From the IMG/VR virus record IMGVR_UViG_3300005805_000203, positions 1 to 38,975 of that record: DNA of 38,975 bases. One strand, written 5' to 3'. The stretch is from a virus. Its lineage: Duplodnaviria; Caudoviricetes. Positions 9,496 to 18,339 of the stretch are shown piece after piece; within the stretch, counting starts at the first letter, position 1, and every line of letters starts with the position of its first letter. The notes below the pieces were generated by a model that was not told the origin of the DNA, did no database searches, and saw only the letters and a program-made list of their open reading frames with translations. The position numbers were made by a program, and so were the translations under genes.

Positions 9496-9702
9496 ATGCA
9501 GAATTACAAAAAGTTCATGGCACAAGTTGAAGAGCGCATTAGTAACATGAATCGTAAACCGACGAAGTCTTCAACAGGCATCATGTCTCGAAAAGATAAA
9601 GAAAATATTGACGTGGATAGCGATTACGTTGACATTATTGCCACATATGTTGCTACAATTCGTAAAACTGCACAGAAAGTGAAGGCAAAAAATGGAGCCT
9701 AA
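9496..9702 (+). CDS. Hypothetical protein
   Basis: ORF with AAGG RBS between virion genes. Confidence 0.65.
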   Translation: MQNYKKFMAQVEERISNMNRKPTKSSTGIMSRKDKENIDVDSDYVDIIATYVATIRKTAQKVKAKNGA

Positions 9703-10150
9703 TTTTATGCATCAACCGATTCCCGGCATCTCATTGACCGGCGAACTCGGCAACGCGCCTTGGGAACAACCTCCACAGTATGTCACTATTGACGAAGTAG
9801 TCGATTACTATTCTGATCGATTTACTGAGTCTGAGATGATGAAAAACCTCATCGCTTCCATTGAGCGCGACATCCCGTTGCTTACTATTGCTGACGGTTT
9901 GACCAAGCTTGGTGTAATGCAGGGACTACATAGCATTGATACTGCAATGCTTGTAAAACCAATATTGGTTGAGTTGATGATTGCGTTGGCTGAGATTCAT
10001 GATATCAAATATGTCATTGATCAGGACGATGTCGACAGTCAACGTGCGATGCCTATCGATCTTGTACGAAAGGTCGTAGAAGAATCTGTAACAAAGATGG
10101 CTGATGTCAAGGAAGAAGTTGGTGGCATCGTTACTCGGAGGAAGAAATAA
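9692..10150 (+). CDS. Conserved podoviral virion-associated protein
   Basis: PIPGISLTGELGNAPWEQPPQY motif common in podovirus structural modules. Confidence 0.7.
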   Translation: MEPNFMHQPIPGISLTGELGNAPWEQPPQYVTIDEVVDYYSDRFTESEMMKNLIASIERDIPLLTIADGLTKLGVMQGLHSIDTAMLVKPILVELMIALAEIHDIKYVIDQDDVDSQRAMPIDLVRKVVEESVTKMADVKEEVGGIVTRRKK

Positions 10151-11649
10151 TGGGCTTTAGTCTTGCCGGATTTGCTGCCGGCGCTGCCGAGGGCATTACA
10201 ACTCGTATTGAAGAAGAGCGTAAGTTCTCTGCTGCTGCTTTGCAGGGTCGCATTGAGCGTGCGTCGATCATGAAGCAACGACAAGAAGAAGAAGAGAAAG
10301 CGCTGATTGAAGAATTGCGTCTTCGTAAAGATCAACTTTCTCAAATGAATGTTAGTGATCCGCAACTACAGGTTGCGTATTTGACTTCGCCAGTGGCGTT
10401 TGAGGCATTGAAGAAAGCACGCGATTCTCGCATTCCAGTAGATGCCACAGAACTAATTACTGTTAATAAAGATAAACTTCTTTACAAAAATCCGGACGAA
10501 TTGATTGCTAGCGTCACTGCTCGTCCCAAAGGTGGCGAGCCTGCAAAGCTTTTGCAACCCGAAGGCGGCTCCCTTTTTGCTCCTTCACAGACTCAAGAAC
10601 AACGTCGCTTTGAACAGTTTGCTTCCATGCGTGGTATGACACTGGAGGATGTTGCTCGTGCCGAGTCTGGCGCTCGTGTAAAAAGACCGGAACCTGTTGC
10701 GACTATTAATTATAAAGCATTGGAAAAAGAAGACAAGGCTACGTGGAAGCAAAAGCTTGAGCGTTTCGAAACGGCTTATGCCGATGCTGTTGATCAGTTT
10801 GGCGCAAATAGTAAGCAAGCCACAGACGCAAAGAATCGTGTCGATTCCTATCGTGTAACAACATCCAACATGACGGAAGATCAGATGGATCACGCGAAAA
10901 AGCTGTCGCGTGCTCAAGCCATCATGTTCGATAAGTCGATGACTAATGTCAGCGAGCAAGATAAGAAGTGGGCTGAAGGATATCTGCGCGAATATAACGA
11001 CTACAAGCGTCGTCAAGAAGCTGCCGGTAAGCAAGACGAAAAGATCCCGACGACAAACTCGTTGGTTAGCATTGGTCGTACTGCCGGTGCTAACGCTGTT
11101 CGCAGCACATATGGCGCAAGCGCAATTTCAAAACAACTGTCGTTTGTGACTAACGCAGACGGCAGCACTTCTATGGCATATTCTGGCACCGATCCCGACA
11201 TGCAAAAGCGACTGATTCGTCGTGAGCAGGAAGGCGTTGTTGCAGCACTTCGTCCGTACATGACACAGGATGGTAGAGTGACAGATCGTAAGATTGAATC
11301 TGCCTTGCAGACATTTGGTATCAAGTTGGACGGTGATGGTCGTCCGGTATTGTCTGAAGCACCTCCGATGCCTGCACCACCTCCCACTGCCGGTGAGCGT
11401 CGTGCTCAACCTAAGCAATCTGCGGCATCCGCTGCTGCCACACCAATTCCTGCATCAACAGCAGCATCCGCTCCTGCTGCGGGGACAGGTCGAGCGGGGC
11501 AGGGCGGTGCTAAGCCTGCCGCTGTCCCACCTAAGCCTATATCTGTGACGAATGCTCCTGCCGGTTCAACAGTTGGCGAATACGTTCAGGGCAAGGGGTA
11601 TGCAGTGTATAACAGCAAAGGCGAGCTAATTGGCTATGCCGTTGAATAA
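10150..11649 (+). CDS. Internal virion protein
   Basis: MGFSLAGFAAGAAEG N-terminus, helical body, Pro/Ala linker near the C-terminus; TAATG coupling. Confidence 0.65.
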   Translation: MGFSLAGFAAGAAEGITTRIEEERKFSAAALQGRIERASIMKQRQEEEEKALIEELRLRKDQLSQMNVSDPQLQVAYLTSPVAFEALKKARDSRIPVDATELITVNKDKLLYKNPDELIASVTARPKGGEPAKLLQPEGGSLFAPSQTQEQRRFEQFASMRGMTLEDVARAESGARVKRPEPVATINYKALEKEDKATWKQKLERFETAYADAVDQFGANSKQATDAKNRVDSYRVTTSNMTEDQMDHAKKLSRAQAIMFDKSMTNVSEQDKKWAEGYLREYNDYKRRQEAAGKQDEKIPTTNSLVSIGRTAGANAVRSTYGASAISKQLSFVTNADGSTSMAYSGTDPDMQKRLIRREQEGVVAALRPYMTQDGRVTDRKIESALQTFGIKLDGDGRPVLSEAPPMPAPPPTAGERRAQPKQSAASAAATPIPASTAASAPAAGTGRAGQGGAKPAAVPPKPISVTNAPAGSTVGEYVQGKGYAVYNSKGELIGYAVE

Positions 11650-11658
11650 GGAAGACTA

Positions 11659-14600
11659 ATGCGTTTCGTTCCTCTTTCTGAGGCAACTACGGAGCAAGAC
11701 AAGGCGCAGACTCAACCCCTGCGCTTTGTTCCGTTAGAGGCTGAAACTCCGCAAGCACCTGCCGCAAAATTTGTTCCACTTTCTCCGCTTGAAAGAGCAA
11801 CACAAAAGCCGCCTGCCACCATTGAAGAAATTCGGGCAGAAGCTGATATCATTCGTAAAAAATATAGCGAGATGGGTTTTATCGCACCTACTGGTGCGGC
11901 TCCCATTGAAGGCACTGGCGGTGCTGCTTTTGGTGTTTTCCCACAAGCCAAAGCTCGTCAACAAAACGTTGAAAAAATTAGAGCAGAACAGAAGGCTCAG
12001 CAAATTCCGTTTGAACAAATCGTTAATGATCGCGACACTTTCAATCTAGCCAATAGTTACATGAAAGCAGTTGGTGAGCCTGTATTTAATCCCGATAGAG
12101 AAACTCGCGAAGACTTCGTTAATCGTTTCTACAGTCAACGCCGATTTGCTGAATTCAATACTCTGATTGGCACCATTCCAGAACTTCTTGCCATGAAGAA
12201 TTCCGGCAAGGAAGTTGCACAGAACATTGCTCTTGGTCGCGATTTGTATGCGCGTGCCGGTGATGCGCCAAACCAATGGCGTGCGACATGGGATATTGCA
12301 AAAGCAATGGTTACCGATCCGGTGAACTATTTTGGTTTTCTTGGTGCCGGTAAACTGGCATCTGCCGGAGTTGTTCGTCAAGTTCGTAAAAATCTTGCTG
12401 AAGATGCCGTCACTCGTGCTGCACAAAAACAGGCCGGATCTCGTTTGGCAAAGCGTGCGGAAGTTGGCGCATCTGCTGCCACTGAAGCTGCTGTTGCCGG
12501 TGCCGCCGATCTTACATCACAGCGTGCTGAACAAGAAACCGCACGCATCATGGGTGACGAAGTGCCCGAGTATAGCGTTGCTCGCACCCTGTTCGCATCT
12601 ACACTGGGTGGTGTTGTCAGCGGTGCTGCCTCTGCTAAAACCGCAAAGGCTCCGACGATCAAAGAGCGTGGTGAACGCATTGGCGAAGAGCTTGTTGACC
12701 GCAAGATTACCACGGCAAATCCGGCTGCACCACTCACCGAAGTTGAACAGAACATTGCCAATGCAATGACACGCGACTTCGAAGACGTACATTCGCAATA
12801 TGTAAAAGCATACGGTAAGGCTCTGTTGGAACAGGTAGATCCGGCAACGGCTGTCACCGACAGCAAAGTACAGGAAGCGTACAGCAAAACTGCTGTGCGG
12901 ATGGCTTTGCAGTTGATGAAGGATAACCCGACGCAGTTTGGTTTCAACCCTGCGAAGGAGCAGGTTAGCGATGCCGTCTATCGCACGCTATCGCAGTTGG
13001 ACAAGATTGACGACACAGCGCTTGAGGCTGCTATCAACCAAGTTGGTCTTCGTCCCGATCAGTTTGCGGCGATGACAAAGACGACAGCGTCTGAAGCCGG
13101 TAAGATTTTGCAGAGCTATTCCGTTGCCGCTCGTGCGCTCAATCGTCTGCGTCAAATTGATCCTACGTTTGATAAGCAGATGAAGGATCTTTATGGCGTT
13201 GATGGCGATCAGGTTAGTGCGCTAACTAAATTTGGTCAAGGCATTCAGCGAGTCGAACGCGAATCCAAAGCCATCATCACGTCCGGTATCGATACTCTGG
13301 CACGTAACATCGTCGGTAACACCATTGGCGTTTCGATGAAGACCGGCGTGCAAATGCTTGAAGGCATTCGCTACAGCGTCGGAACAGCGCTCAGCGCAGC
13401 CGATGGCGAAAAGCTGACGGTGCTGCGTAAGACGATGGGTGATTCGTTCAAGGATGCACTCGGCACGTTCTACTACATGCGTAAGAACGGATTGGCAGAA
13501 GACGTTACTGAAACGGTGTTGCAAAACAATCCGTCGTTGCTCAGCCGCATCTCTACGGCAACACAAGACACGGAGCTTGAAAATGTCAGTAAGCTTGCTC
13601 GTTGGTCACAAACTCTCAACAATGCAATGGACGGCATGTACCGTCGCGCATCGTTTGCTGCCTCACTGGAGCGAGAACTACGTCGTGTTGGCGTTGATCT
13701 GTACAAAGATGTACTAGCGCAGAATAAGGACATTCCCACGTCGGTGCTGAAGAAAGCGCTCGACGATTCGTTTAAAGACACCTTCTCGTATACGCCTCAG
13801 ATGTATGCCAAGTCGTTCTCGGCATTCGAAGACGCATTCGAAAAGGTGGGGGCACAGTTTGTTCGTGTCTCGGAAGCCCCCGGCATGTCGTTAGCAATCC
13901 CGTTCCCGCGATTCGTTACAAACGCCATTGCCTTCCAATACAAGTATAGCCCGTTGGGTTTTGTTGGCGCTACAGAATATGTCGCTCAAGCGGCTAAGCT
14001 GCGTGCTGCCGGTCAACTTGACAAGGCTGAGATGGTGGCGCGTGAAGGTGCTACAAAGGCTATTCAAGCCACTGTCGGACTCGGCATGCTCGCTGCCGCC
14101 TATGACTATCGGAAGAACAATCCCGATATCAATTGGAGCGAAATCAAGGTTGATGGTGGCGTACTTGACGTCAAATCCATCTTCCCGCTTGCACCCTATC
14201 TCGGATTGGCAGATTGGCTTGCTCGTGACGTTGAAGGCGGCACCGGAAGCGCACCGAAGAAAGAGATTGTGGAAAACATTCTCGGCTTCAAAATGCCTGC
14301 CGGTACTCAGCACAGCTTCCTGCAAACCATTCAGGATCTGATTGAGAGCGACGAAAAGGGCGATGCTTTCCTTGAAGGACTCGGAAAAATTGCCGGTGAC
14401 TTCATGGGTCGTTTTACGCAGCCGTTCGTGACAAAGCAAATCTTCGACATGATGGATTTGATTCGTGGCGACGAAGCGGCTATGGCACGCGATCCGAATG
14501 TGTTGACGGCTGAAACAACGGGTGGTCGTGTAGCTGAAGCTGCTGCACAGCGCGTACAGGCGAAGTTGCCTGTCGTCAAAGAAGAACTGCCGCCTGCTGT

Positions 14601-15153
14601 CGTTCGTTTCAAAGAACAGCCGACACCGTCAAAGGAAGGCGAATTCTTCAATCGACTCGTTGGTTTCCGCACCATTCCGCAGCGCTCTGAGGCTGAGAAA
14701 GAAATCATCAAGCACAGCACAGACCTGTACAAAGTGTATGGTCGGCCCAGTGGCGAAAAAGAGTTTGATCGTCTGTATATTGAAAATACGAACAAATTTG
14801 CACTCGATTTTGTTAATAGCGTAATTCGTCGTCCTGACTACAAAGAAGGCACAAGCGAAGAAAAGAAAGCGCTGATCGACAACGCTATTCGCGAAGCTGT
14901 TAAAATTGCCAAAGATCAAGCTGAGGGCCAATTTGCTGAGAAACAACCTGAGAAGCTTAATCGAATTCGTTATCTGCGCCTATCTAGCGAAGAAAAGAAA
15001 ATCGTCAATCAACGATATGCTCGCGACCACGGTGGCAAGACGATGGAGGAAGACAAAGCCTATGATAAGTTGCCAGAATATTCTGATTTCGGCAACGTGA
15101 AGTTCATGGGTGGCGGCGTGGTACAACAGATGAGTCAACTCTTTGGAAGATAA
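11659..15153 (+). CDS. Large internal virion/DNA-ejection protein
   Basis: 1164-aa Ala-rich helical protein near the end of the structural arm; TDPVNYFG and IPFPRF motifs. Confidence 0.7.
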   Translation: MRFVPLSEATTEQDKAQTQPLRFVPLEAETPQAPAAKFVPLSPLERATQKPPATIEEIRAEADIIRKKYSEMGFIAPTGAAPIEGTGGAAFGVFPQAKARQQNVEKIRAEQKAQQIPFEQIVNDRDTFNLANSYMKAVGEPVFNPDRETREDFVNRFYSQRRFAEFNTLIGTIPELLAMKNSGKEVAQNIALGRDLYARAGDAPNQWRATWDIAKAMVTDPVNYFGFLGAGKLASAGVVRQVRKNLAEDAVTRAAQKQAGSRLAKRAEVGASAATEAAVAGAADLTSQRAEQETARIMGDEVPEYSVARTLFASTLGGVVSGAASAKTAKAPTIKERGERIGEELVDRKITTANPAAPLTEVEQNIANAMTRDFEDVHSQYVKAYGKALLEQVDPATAVTDSKVQEAYSKTAVRMALQLMKDNPTQFGFNPAKEQVSDAVYRTLSQLDKIDDTALEAAINQVGLRPDQFAAMTKTTASEAGKILQSYSVAARALNRLRQIDPTFDKQMKDLYGVDGDQVSALTKFGQGIQRVERESKAIITSGIDTLARNIVGNTIGVSMKTGVQMLEGIRYSVGTALSAADGEKLTVLRKTMGDSFKDALGTFYYMRKNGLAEDVTETVLQNNPSLLSRISTATQDTELENVSKLARWSQTLNNAMDGMYRRASFAASLERELRRVGVDLYKDVLAQNKDIPTSVLKKALDDSFKDTFSYTPQMYAKSFSAFEDAFEKVGAQFVRVSEAPGMSLAIPFPRFVTNAIAFQYKYSPLGFVGATEYVAQAAKLRAAGQLDKAEMVAREGATKAIQATVGLGMLAAAYDYRKNNPDINWSEIKVDGGVLDVKSIFPLAPYLGLADWLARDVEGGTGSAPKKEIVENILGFKMPAGTQHSFLQTIQDLIESDEKGDAFLEGLGKIAGDFMGRFTQPFVTKQIFDMMDLIRGDEAAMARDPNVLTAETTGGRVAEAAAQRVQAKLPVVKEELPPAVVRFKEQPTPSKEGEFFNRLVGFRTIPQRSEAEKEIIKHSTDLYKVYGRPSGEKEFDRLYIENTNKFALDFVNSVIRRPDYKEGTSEEKKALIDNAIREAVKIAKDQAEGQFAEKQPEKLNRIRYLRLSSEEKKIVNQRYARDHGGKTMEEDKAYDKLPEYSDFGNVKFMGGGVVQQMSQLFGR

Positions 15154-15155
15154 TT

Positions 15156-17120
15156 ATGGGATTTATCAGTAAACTCGCAAGCAAAGCCGTCACCAAAGCT
15201 GCCCCAAAAGCTGCTTTGTCGCTGTCTGAGCAGGCGGCTGAGGAAACCGTCGCTGCTGCGCCTCCCAAACTGTCTCTGGTTAAGCCTAAAACGCCTTCTA
15301 AGGCGCTAAAAGAGGCTGAGCCTACCCCGACCCCTACCGCTGCCGCTGAAGAGCCTGAGCAGGGCATTGTCTTGTCGTTGGCTGAAAAGATGGCTAAGCA
15401 GGAAGGCATTGCTGCACAGGCTGATGAATTCGAACAGGTTCCGTTCTACAACTTCCCTAATAAAGCCTTTACCGACAAACAATATCTTGAGGCAGAGAAG
15501 GCGTTGCAAGACAGCTTTGCAATGGAAAGCCTATTTACTAAGCTGAAGGGTAATGAGCAAAAGTTTGCCGATGAGCTTCAAAAGAAAGCCATCAAGATGT
15601 TTGGCAACAAAGATGAGACATATGAGTTGCCATACAATTATCAGTCAAAGGCTAAAACCATTGATGAAGCTGTTGCCGAAGTAGAAGCTGCCAAGGCTCA
15701 GAAGCCTGTTGAATTTACTGGTGAAGAAGAAATTGCTCCGCCGATAGAGCGTACAAAGAGTATTTTTAGTGGAAAGCTTGGAAGTAGTAAATCGATGCTT
15801 GGCTCAAAAGTAAATCAGATTCTTGAGGATATTCGACAGCTTCGTGAGCAGAATTATAAAGAATTGTTATCAATGCGACAGGCGCAGGGATTCGATGAGC
15901 CGGTGTTAGAAATTGCATTAGGTGAATTTAGACATAAATATGGCTACGAATATGATCCGATTATTCGCAAGGACAACAAGCGCATTGTTGATTTGATGAA
16001 CGAAAAGCAAAAAGAATATGATGTTTTAAAGAAGCGATATGCCGATACTCCCGATATCACTATTTATCATGGGGGATCAAGAGAGAAAATTGCGTCTATT
16101 GAAAGAGAGGGCTTTCGTCGCCCGTCATTGTCGAAGCGCACTGCACAGCAAGAACTTAACACTGGCGCTACGTCAATGACAACCGATATTGCTCTCAACT
16201 TCAATCCCTCGACGGGATTTGGCGGCGGTGCAGAAAACATTCTTGAAACGAAGATGCCTTACGCAGACTACGTCTTCACTCGTGTGAACATGAAGCCGAG
16301 CGAATACAAAGGCAAAGACTTGGATGCTACTGCGCGAACGATTACAGGATCGCCAACGGGTGTTCGCGCTCTGCGTCTGCCTCGTTCTTCCGGCTTCTAT
16401 GAAACAGAATCAGCATTCATCGAATCTGACAAGATGAAGATGTCAAAGAATGTTGACGAACTTCAACAAAAGCGCGATGTTTATCAAAAGATTCGTGAGG
16501 AAAAACTTAAACTACAGGATGAGATAAATAATATCGATGCAAATCGATATAATAAACCCTTCGATAAGAAGTTGGCAGTGCAGACTTACGATACTATTCG
16601 TAAGTATCTTCAAAACGAAGCTAAACTCGGACGCATTTCCAATGTCCGTAGCGGTATTGGTGAACAATACGAACAAGACATGTCGAGCCTATTCTATCGC
16701 TCAGAAATGCTAAAAGATTTGCGAGCAGTTTTAGATGATTCTGGCATGTCTGAAAAGGCTTATAATGTCAGTAAACTTATTGATCTGGCAAAGCGCGGCA
16801 TGAATGAATCTGATTTCAAAAGACAGATGACTACTTATCTTAGCGAAATTGAAGATGCAAAAGCTAAGTTGGGTAAGAAATATCAAAATGTAAAACTTGA
16901 CGAACTCGTTAAGCGTGCAGACAATCGCGATCCAGAAGTTCGAGACTTTGATACTTTGCTTGCATCACTAAATGGAATTCTTGAAAGCAATAATCTATCA
17001 AGTAAAAATTACACTCTTGATCAAATACTTAAAATGGCACAGCCTGAAAACAGACTCGGAAGCGATTTATTGGAACTCACCGACAAATTCAATAGAGGTG
17101 GTCTTGTACGACGCAAATGA
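15156..17120 (+). CDS. Putative internal virion protein with ADP-ribosyltransferase-like domain
   Basis: 654 aa; IYHGGS...IEREGF...GATSMTTD...FYETE motifs; C-terminal FNRGGLV. Confidence 0.6.
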   Translation: MGFISKLASKAVTKAAPKAALSLSEQAAEETVAAAPPKLSLVKPKTPSKALKEAEPTPTPTAAAEEPEQGIVLSLAEKMAKQEGIAAQADEFEQVPFYNFPNKAFTDKQYLEAEKALQDSFAMESLFTKLKGNEQKFADELQKKAIKMFGNKDETYELPYNYQSKAKTIDEAVAEVEAAKAQKPVEFTGEEEIAPPIERTKSIFSGKLGSSKSMLGSKVNQILEDIRQLREQNYKELLSMRQAQGFDEPVLEIALGEFRHKYGYEYDPIIRKDNKRIVDLMNEKQKEYDVLKKRYADTPDITIYHGGSREKIASIEREGFRRPSLSKRTAQQELNTGATSMTTDIALNFNPSTGFGGGAENILETKMPYADYVFTRVNMKPSEYKGKDLDATARTITGSPTGVRALRLPRSSGFYETESAFIESDKMKMSKNVDELQQKRDVYQKIREEKLKLQDEINNIDANRYNKPFDKKLAVQTYDTIRKYLQNEAKLGRISNVRSGIGEQYEQDMSSLFYRSEMLKDLRAVLDDSGMSEKAYNVSKLIDLAKRGMNESDFKRQMTTYLSEIEDAKAKLGKKYQNVKLDELVKRADNRDPEVRDFDTLLASLNGILESNNLSSKNYTLDQILKMAQPENRLGSDLLELTDKFNRGGLVRRK

Positions 17121-17146
17121 AAAAGCCCCGAAAGGGGCTTTCTCTT
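17121..17146. terminator. Bidirectional rho-independent terminator at the junction of the two arms
   Basis: aaaagcccc-gaaa-ggggctttctcttt hairpin, with an A-run on one side and a T-rich run on the other, between convergent genes. Confidence 0.9.
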
Positions 17147-17220
17147 TGGTGCCTCATGACAGAATCGAACTGCCAACCTCGGGTTACAAAGCCGATGTTA
17201 TGCCATTTAACTAATGAGGC
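17147..17220 (-). tRNA. tRNA-Thr(UGU)
   Basis: Reverse complement GCCTCAT-TA-GTTAAATGGCATAAC-A-TCGGC-TTTGTAA-CCCGA-GGTT-GGCAG-TTCGATT-CTGTC-ATGAGGC-A-CCA folds as a cloverleaf with encoded CCA. Confidence 0.92.
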
Positions 17221-17423
17221 TATTGCAGCGTATTGATGCCGCCCAATACGCCTTGTGGAATTTTCTCATCCATTTCGACATCGACTTCATCGATGGCATG
17301 AAGTGCCTCAATCAAAATCTGCATTACGTCAGCCTTAGTAAATGATTCGCTGACATACATGTCCATCGTATTATCCGTTGCTTTTATGATGATGGTGCCT
17401 TCAGGCGTGTTGTCTTCCTGCAT
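17220..17423 (-). CDS. Hypothetical protein
   Basis: AAGGTG RBS; acidic 67-aa ORF whose stop abuts the tRNA. Confidence 0.65.
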   Translation of the reverse strand: MQEDNTPEGTIIIKATDNTMDMYVSESFTKADVMQILIEALHAIDEVDVEMDEKIPQGVLGGINTLQ

Positions 17424-17610
17424 TTGATTGCACCTTTTTTAGATTGTCAAAATAGGCGCAATCGAAACCACGCTGCCATTCTTTGCCTTTAAGCGTTTCA
17501 GGATTGTACTTGCATACAAGCCATCCGCGAGTAAAGGCATAGTAGCCCTCCTCAAAGGCAAACATTGATTCTTTAGAAATGAAGAACTCTTTGTTTAGAG
17601 AAAACTTCAC
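17401..17610 (-). CDS. Ribosome-modulation-factor-like small protein
   Basis: AFEEGYYAF..G...CKY...EWQRGF resembles the RMF pattern; GTG start at 17610 after AAGGA. Confidence 0.5.
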   Translation of the reverse strand: MKFSLNKEFFISKESMFAFEEGYYAFTRGWLVCKYNPETLKGKEWQRGFDCAYFDNLKKVQSNAGRQHA

Positions 17611-18098
17611 AGCATTTCCTTCAGTTGTGATATCGGAAGATTGTAACAATCTGCTTTGACAACATACTTGTTGTCAGCATCCAATTGCCCTTTCTTCATA
17701 AACACAGCGTCTTTGAAGAACTGGTCTTTGGAGTATACACCACACCACCAAGCTGTCGTCAAGTCTTTTTTTACTCGCACGAAAGCATAGACATCACACT
17801 TTTGATTTGTATTAAAGTTTGCAACGCTATTGCTGTAATGCGGTAGGGGGACAACAGAGGTTGACTTCGTTTTCACATCAACGCGCTTCTTGTTGACAAT
17901 CATATCGTAGTCGTAGGTATTGGTGTGGTCAATGGTTTTGCCATGATTCTTAAACACATGTGCCGCCACTTCCTCACCAATAAAGCCAACAAGATTTCCC
18001 ATGCCGAAGGTAATGCTGTTCTTCAACGTCCCCATTTGTTTGGCTTTCTTCCTCGCTCGACTGATCATTGCGTCAGTTATTTCAACCTCAAGCATCAA
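17607..18098 (-). CDS. PD-(D/E)XK nuclease-like phage protein
   Basis: GFIGEE...YDYD...VDVKTK motif. Confidence 0.6.
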   Translation of the reverse strand: MMLEVEITDAMISRARKKAKQMGTLKNSITFGMGNLVGFIGEEVAAHVFKNHGKTIDHTNTYDYDMIVNKKRVDVKTKSTSVVPLPHYSNSVANFNTNQKCDVYAFVRVKKDLTTAWWCGVYSKDQFFKDAVFMKKGQLDADNKYVVKADCYNLPISQLKEML

Positions 18099-18282
18099 TC
18101 ATATCCCTTCGATCCATGAAATCACCCACATAGATCGTCAGGAATGGCACTTTAATCAAGATTCCGACATAACAAAGCAACATTTCTTTACCGCTTTTTT
18201 CTTCTTCTGCGCGATAACAAATCTCTTCGTTATGCTCAATGTCAAGGCCAATGCCTAGACGTGGTCGAATAACAACTTCCAT
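18088..18282 (-). CDS. Hypothetical protein
   Basis: Strong AGGAGG RBS. Confidence 0.7.
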   Translation of the reverse strand: MEVVIRPRLGIGLDIEHNEEICYRAEEEKSGKEMLLCYVGILIKVPFLTIYVGDFMDRRDMIDA

Positions 18283-18295
18283 TATTTTCCCTCCT

Positions 18296-18331
18296 AAAGA
18301 AAGCCGCTGAAGGATTTCTCCAACAGCGGCT
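18296..18331 (-). terminator. Hairpin/terminator-like element downstream of RNR
   Basis: AGCCGCTG...CAGCGGCT stem followed by a T-rich run (TTCTTT) on the minus strand. Confidence 0.5.
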
Positions 18332-18339
18332 GCTTCACT

